A DNA stretch of 63,942 bases, the filler included, from Octopus bimaculoides (taxonomy: Eukaryota): assembly GCF_001194135.2 (NCBI RefSeq). It is 4 parts of 4 records of this genome, joined end to end, with 100 filler letters (N's around TTAATTAATTAA, not from the genome) between each part and the next. Parts side by side here need not be neighbours in the genome. Positions count along the whole stretch, not along the records: positions 28,689 to 58,266 come from NC_068988.1; positions 58,367 to 61,623 come from NC_068991.1; positions 61,724 to 63,942 come from NW_026379405.1; 1 more part is not named here. One strand, given 5' to 3'. The notes under the pieces were generated by a model that worked only from the letters and a program-made list of their open reading frames with translations, did not search any database and was not told the origin of the DNA. The translations under genes and the position numbers were made by a program. Shown in pieces: positions 50,446 through 62,267 of this stretch (positions are counted from its first letter, which is position 1; every line of letters starts with the position of its first letter).

Positions 50446-51241
50446 TTGTGTGTGTGTTTGCCCTCTACTGCTTGTCAACTGGTGTTGGTTTGTTTACGTC
50501 CTTGTAACTTAACAATCTTGAAAAAATAGACTAATAGAATAAATATCAAACTTTAAAAGACAAAAAAAAAAGGTAATGAGGGGGTGAGGTGCAGTTGATT
50601 TGTTTGACTAAACCCTTTAAGGTGGTGCCCCAGCATGGCCACAATCTAAGGAGTAAAACAAGCAAAACAACAAAGATCCACAGTGGAAGTCATGGCCAAA
50701 TAACAGGCAACGTCATGGGAGCCTCCATGCAGTTACTCAAATTGCTAGAAATAGCAGCTAAATTTCTTTACAAATTGCAATTTCCTCTCTTAGATTGAAT
50801 AATGCAGCTTCAAGTTCCTNNNNNNNNNNNNNNNNNNNNNNNNNNNNNNNNNNNNNNNNNNNNNNNNNNNNNNNNNNNNNNNNNNNNNNNNNNNNNNNNN
50901 NNNNNNNNNNNNNNNNNNNNNNNNNNNNNNNNNNNNNNNNNNNNNNNNNNNNNNNNNNNNNNNNNNNNNNNNNNNNNNNNNNNNNNNNNNNNNNNNNNNN
51001 NNNNNNNNNNNNNNNNNNNNNNNNNNNNNNNNNNNNNNNNNNNNNNNNNNNNNNNNNNNNNNNNNNNNNNNNNNNNNNNNNNNNNNNNNNNNNNNNNNNN
51101 NNNNNNNNNNNNNNNNNNNNNNNNNNNNNNNNNNNNNNNNNNNNNNNNNNNNNNNNNNNNNNNNNNNNNNNNNNNNNNNNNNNNNNNNNNNNNNNNNNNN
51201 NNNNNNNNNNNNNNNNNNNNNNNNNNNNNNNNNNNNNNNNN

Positions 51242-51276
<35 letters not shown>

Positions 51277-51277
51277 A

Positions 51278-51440
51278 CGGGATTCTTTCAGTTTCCATCT
51301 ACTAAATCCACTCACAAGGCTTTGGTCAGCCTGAGGCTATAGTAGAAGACACTTGCCCAAGGGGTCACGCAGTGGGACTGAACCTGGAACCATGTGGTTG
51401 GTAAGCAAGCTACTTACCACACAGCCACTCCTGCGCCTAG
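51278..51440 (-). mobile_element. SINE A head/core
   Basis: ...CACACAGCCACTCCTGCGCCT; low divergence. Confidence 0.88.
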
Positions 51441-51827
51441 CAACATTATTTTCAACTTAATGATATGAGTTCAAATGCCACTGGGGTCAACTTTGCCATT
51501 GAATCCTTTCAGGGTCAATAAAATAAGTACCAGTTGAGCACTAGGATATGCTGTAATCAACTCATGCCCACACCCGAAATTGTTGGCTTTATGCCAAAGT
51601 TCGAAACCAATATGAAATGGAAAGATATTAAGCTTTTTTGTTTTATTATTGAGATAAAGAAGACATATACAGGAGTTGATGGTTAAATAATGTCCTATTT
51701 CTTGGTTTGACACAAAGGGGCAACAACAATCATTAAATTCAAATAGTTAAGTTTAATACTATTATTATTATTATTTACATTGTTGTTGCTTTGCTTGATA
51801 TGAGCTTTCTGAAGTCTCACCTAGATA

Positions 51828-52013
51828 CAGGGCTGTGGAGTCGGAGTTGGAGTCGTGGAGTCAGAGTCAGAAACAATTAAGGGGTAGCTGGAGTCAGAGT
51901 TGGAGTCGGTAAAATAGATCACAATCACTTAATTACATAAAGGAGTTGAAGTTGGAGGTGCCAATAGTAGAGGAGTTGGTGTCGAAGTTTCCTGTTTTGA
52001 CTCCACAGCCCTG
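51828..52013. mobile_element. hAT-type MITE with internal GGAGTC repeats
   Basis: TIR CAGGGCTGTGGAGTC / GACTCCACAGCCCTG; TSD CCTAGATA / CCTAGATT. Confidence 0.9.
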
Positions 52014-52394
52014 CCTAGATTCCTCAAGCAACAGCAAGTTGGACGTTTTATTATGGGTGTTATTATGATTAACAATGAAATATTGCAGAGGAAGGAGACC
52101 AGAATCTGAGAACTAAAATTCTGTTAAATTTGTAATATTTTTAGTTTATGAAAACTAAAGAGTTTTAAAAGAATCAAGTGTTTTCAAGTTGACAATGATT
52201 TTTTTTACAATATGGATAGTGCCCATGATGATGTTGAGATTTCAAATAAATATGAAAAATAAAAAAATAATAATAATTGAAAAATACAAAAGTTATGGAA
52301 TGATCAGAAACTACCCTGACTCTCAAAAAATGTCTTTTAAAAATTTTATCAGTATAATTCTAAACCACACCCTCAAAAGAAAAAAATATATATA

Positions 52395-53150
52395 TACTTT
52401 TATTTGTTTCAGTTATTTGACTGAGGCCATGCTGGAGCAAATTGACCCCAGGACTTATTCTTTGTAAGCCTAGTACTTATTCTATCAGGCTCCTTTGCCA
52501 AACCGCTAAGTAATGGGGATGTAAACACACTAACATCTGTTGTAAAGTGATGGTGGTGGGGACAAACACAGACACACAAATACATACATACATATATATA
52601 TATATANNNNNNNNNNNNNNNNNNNNNNNNNNNNNNNNNNNNNNNNNNNNNNNNNNNNNNNNNNNNNNNNNNNNNNNNNNNNNNNNNNNNNNNNNNNNNN
52701 NNNNNNNNNNNNNNNNNNNNNNNNNNNNNNNNNNNNNNNNNNNNNNNNNNNNNNNNNNNNNNNNNNNNNNNTCAGTTTCTTATTTATTTACTGCCCACGC
52801 TAAACACAGAGGGGACAAACAAGGATAGACAAACGGGTTAAGTTGATTATATTGACCCCAGTGTGTAACTGGTACTTATTTAATCGACCTCTGAAAGGCA
52901 AAGTCGACCTTGGTGGAATTTGAACTCAGAACGTAAAGACAGATGAAATACCGTTAAGCATTTTGCCCAGCGTGCTAACGATTCTGCCAGCTCGCCGCCT
53001 TCTTTCAGTTTCTGCCTACCAAATCCACTCACAAGGCTTTGGTCAGCCTGAGGCTATAGAAGATACTTGCCCAAGGTACCATGCAGTGCAACTGAACCTC
53101 GAACCATGTGGTTGGAAAACAAGCTTCTTACCACATAACCACTCGTGTGC
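52395..53150 (-). mobile_element. SINE A interrupted by SINE C (52781-53000)
   Basis: TCAGTTTCT duplicated on both sides of the C copy. Confidence 0.8.
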
Positions 53151-53247
53151 CTATATATATCTGCAAATTTTCATTAAAATAATATAAATTTTCCAAAAAG
53201 TTATGAGAAAACAAATTTGAGGGGGGCACCAAACTGTAATTATACCA

Positions 53248-53283
<36 letters not shown>

Positions 53284-53496
53284 ATACATATTAAATTCTT
53301 TCCTTTCAAAAATAATTTTTATACCAAGGTATGCATGTGTATGAGCATGTGTGATATTAAATATATTCTTTTGGAGAACATCGTCTGCATTTTGAGAGTG
53401 AATGAAATTCAATATCGGACTATTTTCTTTCTTTTGTGTCTATTTTCTTTTTTCTAAAACAACCAGCAATCTGTTCTGTGGAGTTATATTGCTTGC

Positions 53497-53533
<37 letters not shown>

Positions 53534-53883
53534 GTATGCATGTGAGTGTCTGCATACATACACATATATATGTGTGAACTTCCATCATTTGAAATCAACA
53601 CTTAACAGGTTTTCAATTCTTCTTGTGCTTTCTCTTCTCTTTTACCTTTCGAATGTAAACTACAAAATTAGGTGAAAATATATTTCTCACAACATTTATG
53701 ATATTTGAAATTTCACTCTAATCGAAATACCCACAACTACAGCCATTAGAAAACCTCCCATTACAGCTCACTGCAATCATCATGTTTTCACTTTTACTCA
53801 ACTATGTTTAATGTCTCCAACTGCCACTCACTCTCTCACCATTTGTCATTTCAATCGCTTTCTACCATTGAGACATAATTGTA

Positions 53884-54245
53884 AATTATATTAGGTAGAA
53901 GGGCTCCGAAAGGGGTCTCAGAGAGTAGTGTCCCTGCCTTCCTGAGCCAGTTTTCCATCACATTCCTTAAAAATCATGGTAGAGGCCTCGGTCTCAGGAC
54001 CGCTCATGTCTAGAAACTTAGGTTGGGGGTAAACAAGGGCTTGCTCCCCGGAGAAAATCCAGCTCCAAAAATACCTCATGATAGCAAAGGATAGCCTCAT
54101 GATAGCACCAGCCAACCTAAAGGTTGGGGTGGTCTGCATCTGCCTACCTCAGTTGCTATGGCATTGAGGTAGATCCGGCCACCCCCGTTAATGGGGGCGA
54201 AACCCAGATTTAAAACACATGATGATGATGATGATGATGATGATG
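53884..54245 (+). mobile_element. unclassified GC-richer repeat with hairpins and (GAT)n tail
   Basis: Ends GGGGGCGAAACCCAGATTTAAAACAC(ATG)n. Confidence 0.45.
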
Positions 54246-55086
54246 AGAGGCAATGGGCTTCTTTTAGTTTTTCATCTACCAAATCTACTCTGAAGGCTTC
54301 TGTCAGGCCAGAGCTATTACAGTAGACAGTTGCCATACAGAACTGAACCTGAAACAAGATATTTTGGAAGCAAACTTCTGAACAACATAGCCATGCCTAA
54401 ACCCTTAATTAATTCAACAGAATTCTTATAATACAAATTAAGCCAGTTCTAATTAAATTCATTTACTAATTACATCATGTTTTAATAGAGTTAAGTTTCT
54501 CTTGGGTTTTTGGTGAGTCGAGATGTTTACCAAGAAATATTTCATTGACATTGGTTTGTGCAACCTTTCAAAAATTCATGATGCCAATCTAGAATTATTA
54601 AGGAAAATCTTATAGGAATGGTAAAGAGTTACATAAGAAATGAAATAAATTTAAATATTATAAAGCCTCACTGTGGGTGAAAGAAGAATGTAAACACGTT
54701 ATGCTACTGATGTGCTGCACACAAAAAAAAAAAAAAAGAGGAAGAGAGTCTTCTATTGGGTCTTTCATGTTTTGTTGACCACTCCACAGAAAAGACATGC
54801 GCAGCTTCCTTTTCCAATCAACAGCATAGAACATTCAGCTGTTATATAAAGCAGTTAAATGTTAGACTAACACCACAATAGCACATAGCCTAATTTGCAT
54901 ACTTGTAATTTTTATGGCACTTCAGAATCACTATGCATAAGTCTTTGAAAAATTCCATGACCATCATCACCATTCTCATTTAACATCTACTTTTCTATAC
55001 TGGCTAGGTTGGATTGGTCTCATAGTATTTCATAGTCTTCCATTACAGACACAAGCAAAAACAGAAAAGATAAATATATATATCAA

Positions 55087-56272
55087 AGCAATATCAAAGG
55101 CAGATTAACTACGAAGTTAGTTTTTGTATGTGGCAGATGTTCAGGTGCAATAAACACTGTAAACAAACAGGAAACAACTTCTATCTCATTCCAGGGAGAA
55201 AAACTAGAGGTAGTCGATAGCTTCCGCTATCTGGGTGACCAAGTTAGTAGTGGGGGAGGGTGCGCTGAAAGTATAGCTGCTAGAATAAGAATAGCCTGGG
55301 CCAAGTTTAGAGAGCTCTTACCTCTGCTGGCGACAAAGGGACTCTCACTCAGAATAAAAGGCAGACTGTATGAGGCATGTGTACGAACAACCATGCTACA
55401 TGGCAGTGAAACATGGGCTGTGACTGCTGAGGNNNNNNNNNNNNNNNNNNNNNNNNNNNNNNNNNNNNNNNNNNNNNNNNNNNNNNNNNNNNNNNNNNNN
55501 NNNNNNNNNNNNNNNNNNNNNNNNNNNNNNNNNNNNNNNNNNNNNNNNNNNNNNNNNNNNNNNNNNNNNNNNNNNNNNNNNNNNNNNNNNNNNNNNNNNN
55601 NNNNNNNNNNNNNNNNNNNNNNNNNNNNNNNNNNNNNNNNNNNNNNNNNNNNNNNNNNNNNNNNNNNNNNNNNNNNNNNNNNNNNNNNNNNNNNNNNNNN
55701 NNNNNNNNNNNNNNNNNNNNNNNNNNNNNNNNNNNNNNNNNNNNNNNNNNNNNNNNNNNNNNNNNNNNNNNNNNNNNNNNNNNNNNNNNNNNNNNNNNNN
55801 NNNNNNNNNNNNNNNNNNNNNNNNNNNNNNNNNNNNNNNNNNNNNNNNNNNNNNNNNNNNNNNNNNNNNNNNNNNNNNNNNNNNNNNNNNNNNNNNNNNN
55901 NNNNNNNNNNNNNNNNNNNNNNNNNNNNNNNNNNNNNNNNNNNNNNNNNNNNNNNNNNNNNNNNNNNNNNAGCCAAGTGAGATCGTTGCCAGTGCCCCTG
56001 GACTGACTCTTGTGCGGGTGGCACATAAGATGCACCATTTTGAGCGTGACCGTTGCCAGTACCGCCTGACTGGCCTCCGTGCGGGTGACACGTAAAAGCA
56101 CCTACTACACTCTCTGAGTGGTTGGCGTTAGGAAGGGCATCCAGCTGTAGAAACTCTGCCAAATTAGATTGGAGCCTGGTGTTGCCATCCGGTTTCACCA
56201 GTCCTCAGTCAAATCGTCCAACCCATGCTAGCATGGAATGCGGACGTTAAATGATGATGATGATGATGATGA
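55087..56272 (+). mobile_element. 5'-truncated RTE LINE (RT C-terminal region, 3' UTR, (GAT)n tail)
   Basis: Uninterrupted frame 55087-55431: FVCGRCSG...LEVVDSFRYLGD...AWAKFRELLPLL...LYEACVRTTMLHGSETW. Gap 55433-55970, then UTR tandem units. Confidence 0.95.
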
Positions 56273-56309
56273 TATATATAAAGATAAAGTTGTGGTTGGA
56301 CTTGTTTAA

Positions 56310-56500
56310 CCCTTTAGCATTCAGATAATTCTGTTAAATAAATATAATGCTTATCTATTCATGTTGTTTTGAATTAATCATGCATTTATCTTGCAGTTTT
56401 GAGATTTTGTTAATGATACTGCAGGTTAAGTGTAAGAGGCCAGATATAGCCAGTTTGAACAGAAAACAGGCCTTATATGGCCGGTTTGAATGCTAAAGGG
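56310..56500 (-). mobile_element. piggyBac-type MITE family P
   Basis: TTAA|CCCTTTAGCATT ... AATGCTAAAGGG|TTAA. Confidence 0.88.
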
Positions 56501-57175
56501 TTAAACATGCTATAGATCTGATGGACTTGTAAATTGGTTTACGAATTTTCAAGTGTTAAGAAATTTTAATTCTCATTATATAAACCAAAGAATTAAAAAT
56601 CTTTTGAAAATATTTGTTCCCTTTCATTTCTAATTAAGCAATATAATTAAAACAAGGCTATTAAACACTGCAAGCACATTGAAGCAATCTTGTCAATGAG
56701 CAATAAGGATTCATTTCCAATTATGGATCCACCTCATTAGTAAATTATTAATTATTCCAATCGGATACAAACAATGTAATGAGTAATGCCATTTGCTTTA
56801 ATACTTGATACAGCTGAACTGAAAGAATATTCCAAAACAAAAAGCAAAAAAGTCTTTTGTTAGAATTTTGACTGCTGAAGGATGAAAAGCAAGATTGATC
56901 TTAATGCAGTTTAAACTCACTATATTAAAAGTACTTAACTAAAATATGGTAAGGGATGTTATTAGGTGCCCCCTACAAGGTTCCTAGAGAGGGTTTCATC
57001 ATTAACATCATCTAACATTCACTTGCATTGGACAGGCATAATTTGCTGAGGCAAATTTTTGTAGGATAATTTGTAAGTATGTGGTAGTTTGCATTGGTTG
57101 CTTATTGGACGCCTTTCCTGTTAATGATTTGTAAGTATGTAGTATTTCGTTATTCAACCATAATATACTGTAAAG

Positions 57176-57323
57176 CGGGAGTGGACTGAGCCATTGGTCA
57201 ATCGGGTACTGCCTGAGGGCCTGGAGATCTGAGGGGCCTGCATTCTACATGTTAATAGTTCTACTAAAAGGGCCTGGTAAACGGTTATGCCAGAGGGCCC
57301 TTAATACTCTCAGTCTGCCCCTG
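57176..57323. mobile_element. hAT-type MITE
   Basis: Decayed TIR CGGGAGTGGACTGAG / CTCAGTCTGCCCCTG; TSD CTGTAAAG / CTGCAAAG. Confidence 0.75.
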
Positions 57324-57458
57324 CTGCAAAGTATATTAGACATTTTATAAGTCAATACTATGTTCTCTTGTGTTAGCAGAGCACTATACATTATTTGTTA
57401 AGGTTATTTCTGCAGATATTTGATAGCACTGATTTCTGCTACTACATTTTGTATATGA

Positions 57459-57688
57459 GATGGAAAATCGATAACGGGCATATATGCCATATTTTGGTGG
57501 GTTACCCCTTCATCAGCACCCAGCTAACCTACTAATCATCCTCAAACACATTGCTTAAATAGCCACGACACATGTATCCAATAACTTTACACCACTATAT
57601 GTGTTTGAGGATGATGAATGGGATAGATGGGTGCTGATGAAGGGTTCCCCCGAAATATGGCATATATGCCCATTACCCATTTTTCATC
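57459..57688. repeat. 230-bp imperfect palindrome (about 90-bp arms)
   Basis: Arms 57459-57551 and 57599-57688; GGGCATATATGCCATATTT, CCCTTCATCAGCACCCA and ATCATCCTCAAACACAT are inverted between them. Confidence 0.92.
57627..57680 (+). ncRNA. hammerhead-like core in palindrome arm
   Basis: ATGGGT-G CTGATGA A GGG-TTCC-CCC GAAA TATGGCATATATGCCCATT ACCCAT; helix I register is off by one base. Confidence 0.35.
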
Positions 57689-58052
57689 TACGATCTCATT
57701 GTTTGTTTACATCTGACATCTCATATATGAAACGTAACAAGAATCAGTGCTGGCTATGATTTCTATGGGATATCTGTAGACAGAGCCTTTCTTGTTGTCA
57801 GCCCTTAACTGTTTCCCCAGCAAGGCTAATATTTCTTCATGTCCAACAACGTTTCCCATAGATGACTGGAAATGAAAACAATAAGCATCACCAAGCAATG
57901 TTTACAACAATCACAATGTCAGGTCATGGGTACACACACAAACATATACATACATACATATATGATAGGCTTCCTTCAGTTTCCACCTACCATATCTGCT
58001 CACAAGGCTTTGGTTGGCCCAGGCCTATGATAGAAGACACTTGCCTGAAGTG

Positions 58053-58093
<41 letters not shown>

Positions 58094-58266
58094 TGTAGAC
58101 AGCCATGTGCCATGTTTTAAATATGACTAGGGTGTTAGAATACCTATATTGCTAGAAATAAGAGCTAAAAAGGTCTAAAGCTGCAGTTAAAGCACATAAT
58201 TGTATACATCTGTACTGACAGGGATTGTAATTGCCCAAAAGCACCAGTTGAGACACATAGCTTTGA

Positions 58267-58366
58267 NNNNNNNNNNNNNNNNNNNNNNNNNNNNNNNNNN
58301 NNNNNNNNNNTTAATTAATTAANNNNNNNNNNNNNNNNNNNNNNNNNNNNNNNNNNNNNNNNNNNN
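58267..58366. other. artificial scaffold-join spacer
   Basis: 44N-TTAATTAATTAA-44N. Confidence 0.97.
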
Positions 58367-58500
58367 GATAGAATAAGTACTAGGCTTACAAAGAGTAAGT
58401 CCTGGGGTGGATTTGTTCGACTAAAGGCAGTGCTCCAGCATGGCCTGCAGTGAAATGACTGAAACAAATAAAAGAATAAAAGAATAACAGAATAACAGAA
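58367..58500 (+). mobile_element. SINE A 3' tail
   Basis: GTGCTCCAGCATGGCC...GACTGAAACAAATAAAAGAATAAAAG. Confidence 0.8.
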
Positions 58501-58828
58501 TAAGCAATCTCAGCCTCGCCTAATTGGTGTGTCATTGGAATTTATGCAGATAAAAGGAATGAATTCTATTCGAACCACGAAAATAATCTTCTCCGATGCA
58601 TTTCATCCATCAAGACACGGCATGAGTATTTTTGTAGTCGACTTTGATCGATAGGGGTTGGAATCTCCTCTGCCATTTCTTTCGTCAGAAATAGTTCAGC
58701 TTGAATGTGTTTCATGGATTGAACCTGAACTGCAGTTATGGGTGTGTCATTTAATATTGGCAGACGTGGGCGTCTTGGGCCACTGTCATCTCTCTCTCTC
58801 TCTCTCTCTCTCTCACTCACTCTCCCTT

Positions 58829-58891
<63 letters not shown>

Positions 58892-58892
58892 G

Positions 58893-58987
58893 TCAATAAA
58901 CACTCACAATGCCCGGTTTGGGAATGGAAACCGCGATCCTATGACCGCGAGTCCGCTGCCCTAACCACTGGGCCATTGCGCCTCCAC
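58893..58987 (-). mobile_element. SINE E head only
   Basis: Nearly identical to 24610-24703. Confidence 0.85.
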
Positions 58988-59719
58988 AAAGCAGTCCTAG
59001 ACACACTATCAATAAAAGATCAGACAGTTACAGCTAAAAGCCCTTTGATCAAAGGTCTTGCTCGATCAAGACAAGTCTGAAGCTAAAAAGCAGCTGCAAT
59101 AAACATCATCATCATCAACCACGACAGTAGCAGCAGCAACAAGAAGAAGAATAACAAAAACAATGACAGCTGCGTTAAGGATCTAGAAGATTTAGGCACG
59201 TCGTTTATCCATCAAAACTAATTATCATAACTACATAACAGATTTTTAAACATTAATTATGTAATAACGTACGTATGTCAGTAAACTACATTCACATTCC
59301 ACTGCGATATCTTGAGCGCCACTTTGGTGGCAGCGGCTTCTAGGAAGTAAGATTTCGTTTTCATCCTCTCAAACAATACCGAACAACAGCAGACCCAGGA
59401 TATCACGTATTCAAATAAATTACTACAGACATAATGCAACCGAACGAATGATACCATATGTAAATACACACACAGACACACACACACATATGTATATGTA
59501 TGTATGTATGTATGTATTATGTATATATAATGTGTGTAGGCACGATAACAATTGAAGCGAGTTTCGGTTGAAGTCCGAATCTGGCAAATAGGCGAATCAA
59601 AGTTGGTGTGATGTGTTTATCGTGATGAAGTAAGGCATGTTTAATTCTATTAAATTGATAACTATTCTTATCTTAGTATACATGCGCAAATAGATACTTA
59701 TATATACATATAAATGTAT

Positions 59720-59758
<39 letters not shown>

Positions 59759-60033
59759 NNNNNNNNNNNNNNNNNNNNNNNNNNNNNNNNNNNNNNNNNN
59801 NNNNNNNNNNNNNNNNNNNNNNNNNNNNNNNNNNNNNNNNNNNNNNNNNNNNNNNNNNNNNNNNNNNNNNNNNNNNNNNNNNNNNNNNNNNNNNNNNNNN
59901 NNNNNNNNNNNNNNNNNNNNNNNNNNNNNNNNNNACCGGCAACTCGTGCAGCCGCCCAGGGAGCCATGTGCTAAGGGGGCGCCAAGGAGATCGTGACAAA
60001 GACAAGGAAATTTCTACGACCGTCAGGTTTTCA

Positions 60034-60089
<56 letters not shown>

Positions 60090-60231
60090 CAAAAAAAAAA
60101 GAAGAGTGCCATTGTCATCAAGTGAACGATATTTCGACATCTCGTGTATCTTCCACAGGTTCAAAAAATAAACGTGTCAATCCTCTTCATTTTGGTTAAA
60201 ATAATAAATAGACAAACAGACAGACAGACCC

Positions 60232-60524
60232 CTCTTAAGTACGGATTAGCCCGGCTATTATGGAAAGTGAAGATAGTACCAATTATTGTTGGGTCTTTGG
60301 TAACAGTATCAGAAGGCATCAAGAGGAATATAAAGGGAATTGGAACAGAGTGCCCAGTAGAATTGTTACAAAAGGTTTGCCTCCTTGGCACGCCCAGAAT
60401 AATCAGGAAAGTATTGGATAGCTGAAAAGAATGGATAGCATGGTACTGTAGGCTGCAGGTAGTAAGCCCGCTACGCATGTAAGACTCCAGGAGCTCCAAC
60501 AGAACCAGTGATGAAGAGATAAAA

Positions 60525-60562
<38 letters not shown>
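60232..60562 (+). mobile_element. R4/Dong-like (REL endonuclease) LINE 3' end
   Basis: KYGLARLLWKVKIVPIIVGSL...LLQKVCLLGTPRIIRKVLDS*, then UTR and (ATG)n. Confidence 0.8.
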
Positions 60563-60564
<2 letters not shown>

Positions 60565-60567
60565 CTT

Positions 60568-60795
60568 TTATAAGAAATATGAAAATCTAGCCAGAGAGCT
60601 GGGGAGATCGTAGGAGACGAAGACAGCAATTATTCTTGTAGTAATGGTGTGCATGGCACAAACATCCAAAATGTTACCTAAAGGACTGAAAGAGATCGGA
60701 ACTGAAACTCGCATTGTCGACCCGCATAAAATACCAACCTATATTCTTCGAGAATCTTAAGCAAGGTTCTTCAGGTCTGGGGACCATCAAGACAA
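60568..60795 (+). mobile_element. second, different R4/Dong-like LINE 3' end
   Basis: KKYENLARELGRS*...LKEIGTETRIVD, frameshift to SSRILSKVLQV. Confidence 0.7.
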
Positions 60796-60864
60796 AATGC
60801 CCAGCACTGAGGACCCTTTCCCCAAAATTGCTGGCTTTGTGCTAAAATTTGAAGCCATTATTGT

Positions 60865-61030
60865 TGTTGTTTCAAATTTTGGTATGAGGCCAGCAAGTTT
60901 GCGGGAGGGGGATAAGTCGATTCCATCGATCCCCAGTGCATAACTGGTACTTATTTTATCGACCCACGGAAGGATGAAAGGCAAAGTTGACCTCAGCGGA
61001 AACTGAACTCAGGAGGTAAAAACGGACGCA
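60865..61030 (-). mobile_element. SINE family C
   Basis: TGGTACTTATTTTATCGACCCACGGAAGGATGAAAGGCAAAGTTGACCTC. Confidence 0.8.
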
Positions 61031-61363
61031 ATGAATAATGATGATGATGATAGTGATGGTGATGATGATGATGAGCAATAAAAAAAGACAAAAGAACCAA
61101 GAACCCCAAAGAAACCACACCAAACATTCTTCAGATGTTAATCGAGTGCAGACCAATACATATCCTTTGAAGTTTAAGAAACTGTGGGATGGAAGGTGTC
61201 TGTGTTTTTTATATTTTGTTAGTTTGTGTTCTCCTTATTTTTGCTTGAATTTTGCTTTTTCTTTTTATCACTCCAGAGAATTTATTCGTTTAAGGGATTT
61301 CACTTTCATAGGAATTGCTCGGTTTACACTGAGTGCATTTGTCTTCACATTCCGCCCGCTTGC

Positions 61364-61407
<44 letters not shown>

Positions 61408-61408
<1 letters not shown>

Positions 61409-61623
61409 TAGCAGAGGCACCCGGCGTTGCTCGGGAATGAAATTGTTGCTTATATACTTGAAGAAAAAAAGGCAAAATATGCTGTATAGAAATTTGAGAG
61501 GACATTCTGTAGATGGACTCTCAGATGAATGATGGCTGGGCGCCTCTCATGAATGGGGAAAATTGAAGATGTGCCAAAAAGCCTCATTGATACTTGGAAA
61601 CTTTTACGAAAATTAAAATGGGG
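61408..61623 (-). mobile_element. Helitron-like 3' terminus
   Basis: Minus strand CCCGAGCAACGCCGGG hairpin, 8 nt, CTAG|T into a (TA)n tract. Confidence 0.7.
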
Positions 61624-61723
61624 NNNNNNNNNNNNNNNNNNNNNNNNNNNNNNNNNNNNNNNNNNNNTTAATTAATTAANNNNNNNNNNNNNNNNNNNNN
61701 NNNNNNNNNNNNNNNNNNNNNNN
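61624..61723. other. artificial scaffold-join spacer
   Basis: 44N-TTAATTAATTAA-44N. Confidence 0.97.
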
Positions 61724-61762
<39 letters not shown>

Positions 61763-61937
61763 TCCTTTCTACTGGAGGCACATGGCCTCAAGTTTAGTGA
61801 GAGGGAACTAGTCGATTACATCAACCCCTCGACGGAATTTGAACTCATGCCGCTATGCACTTGATCCGGCGTGGTAACGATTCTGCCATCTTGTCACCCT
61901 AATAATAATAATAATAATGATAATAATAATAATAATG

Positions 61938-61987
<50 letters not shown>

Positions 61988-61999
61988 CTTTTTTTCTCT

Positions 62000-62203
62000 G
62001 AGCACAAGGCCTGGATTTTTGTGGGGAGGAGGAGAATCAATCACATCAACCCCAGTCCTTGACCGGTACTTAATTCATCAACCCCGAAAGCATGAAAGGC
62101 AAAGTAGGCCCCCGACTGAATTTGAACACAGAACGTATAGAATGACGAAATGCCGCTAAGCATTTCGCCCGGCGTGCTTACCCTTCAGCCAGCTCGCCAC
62201 CTT
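62000..62203 (-). mobile_element. SINE family C (an internally deleted copy lies at 61755-61900)
   Basis: CCGAAAGCATGAAAGGCAAAG core; head ...CAGCCAGCTCGCCACCTT. Confidence 0.82.
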
Positions 62204-62225
62204 CACGATTTTGATGATGATGATA

Positions 62226-62267
<42 letters not shown>

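Noticed and set aside
54182-54203. Hairpin plus CGAAAC as a hammerhead
   Set aside because: No CUGANGA core at the required position.
59322-59337. CTCF site
   Set aside because: Spacing is off by one and central bases mismatch the consensus.
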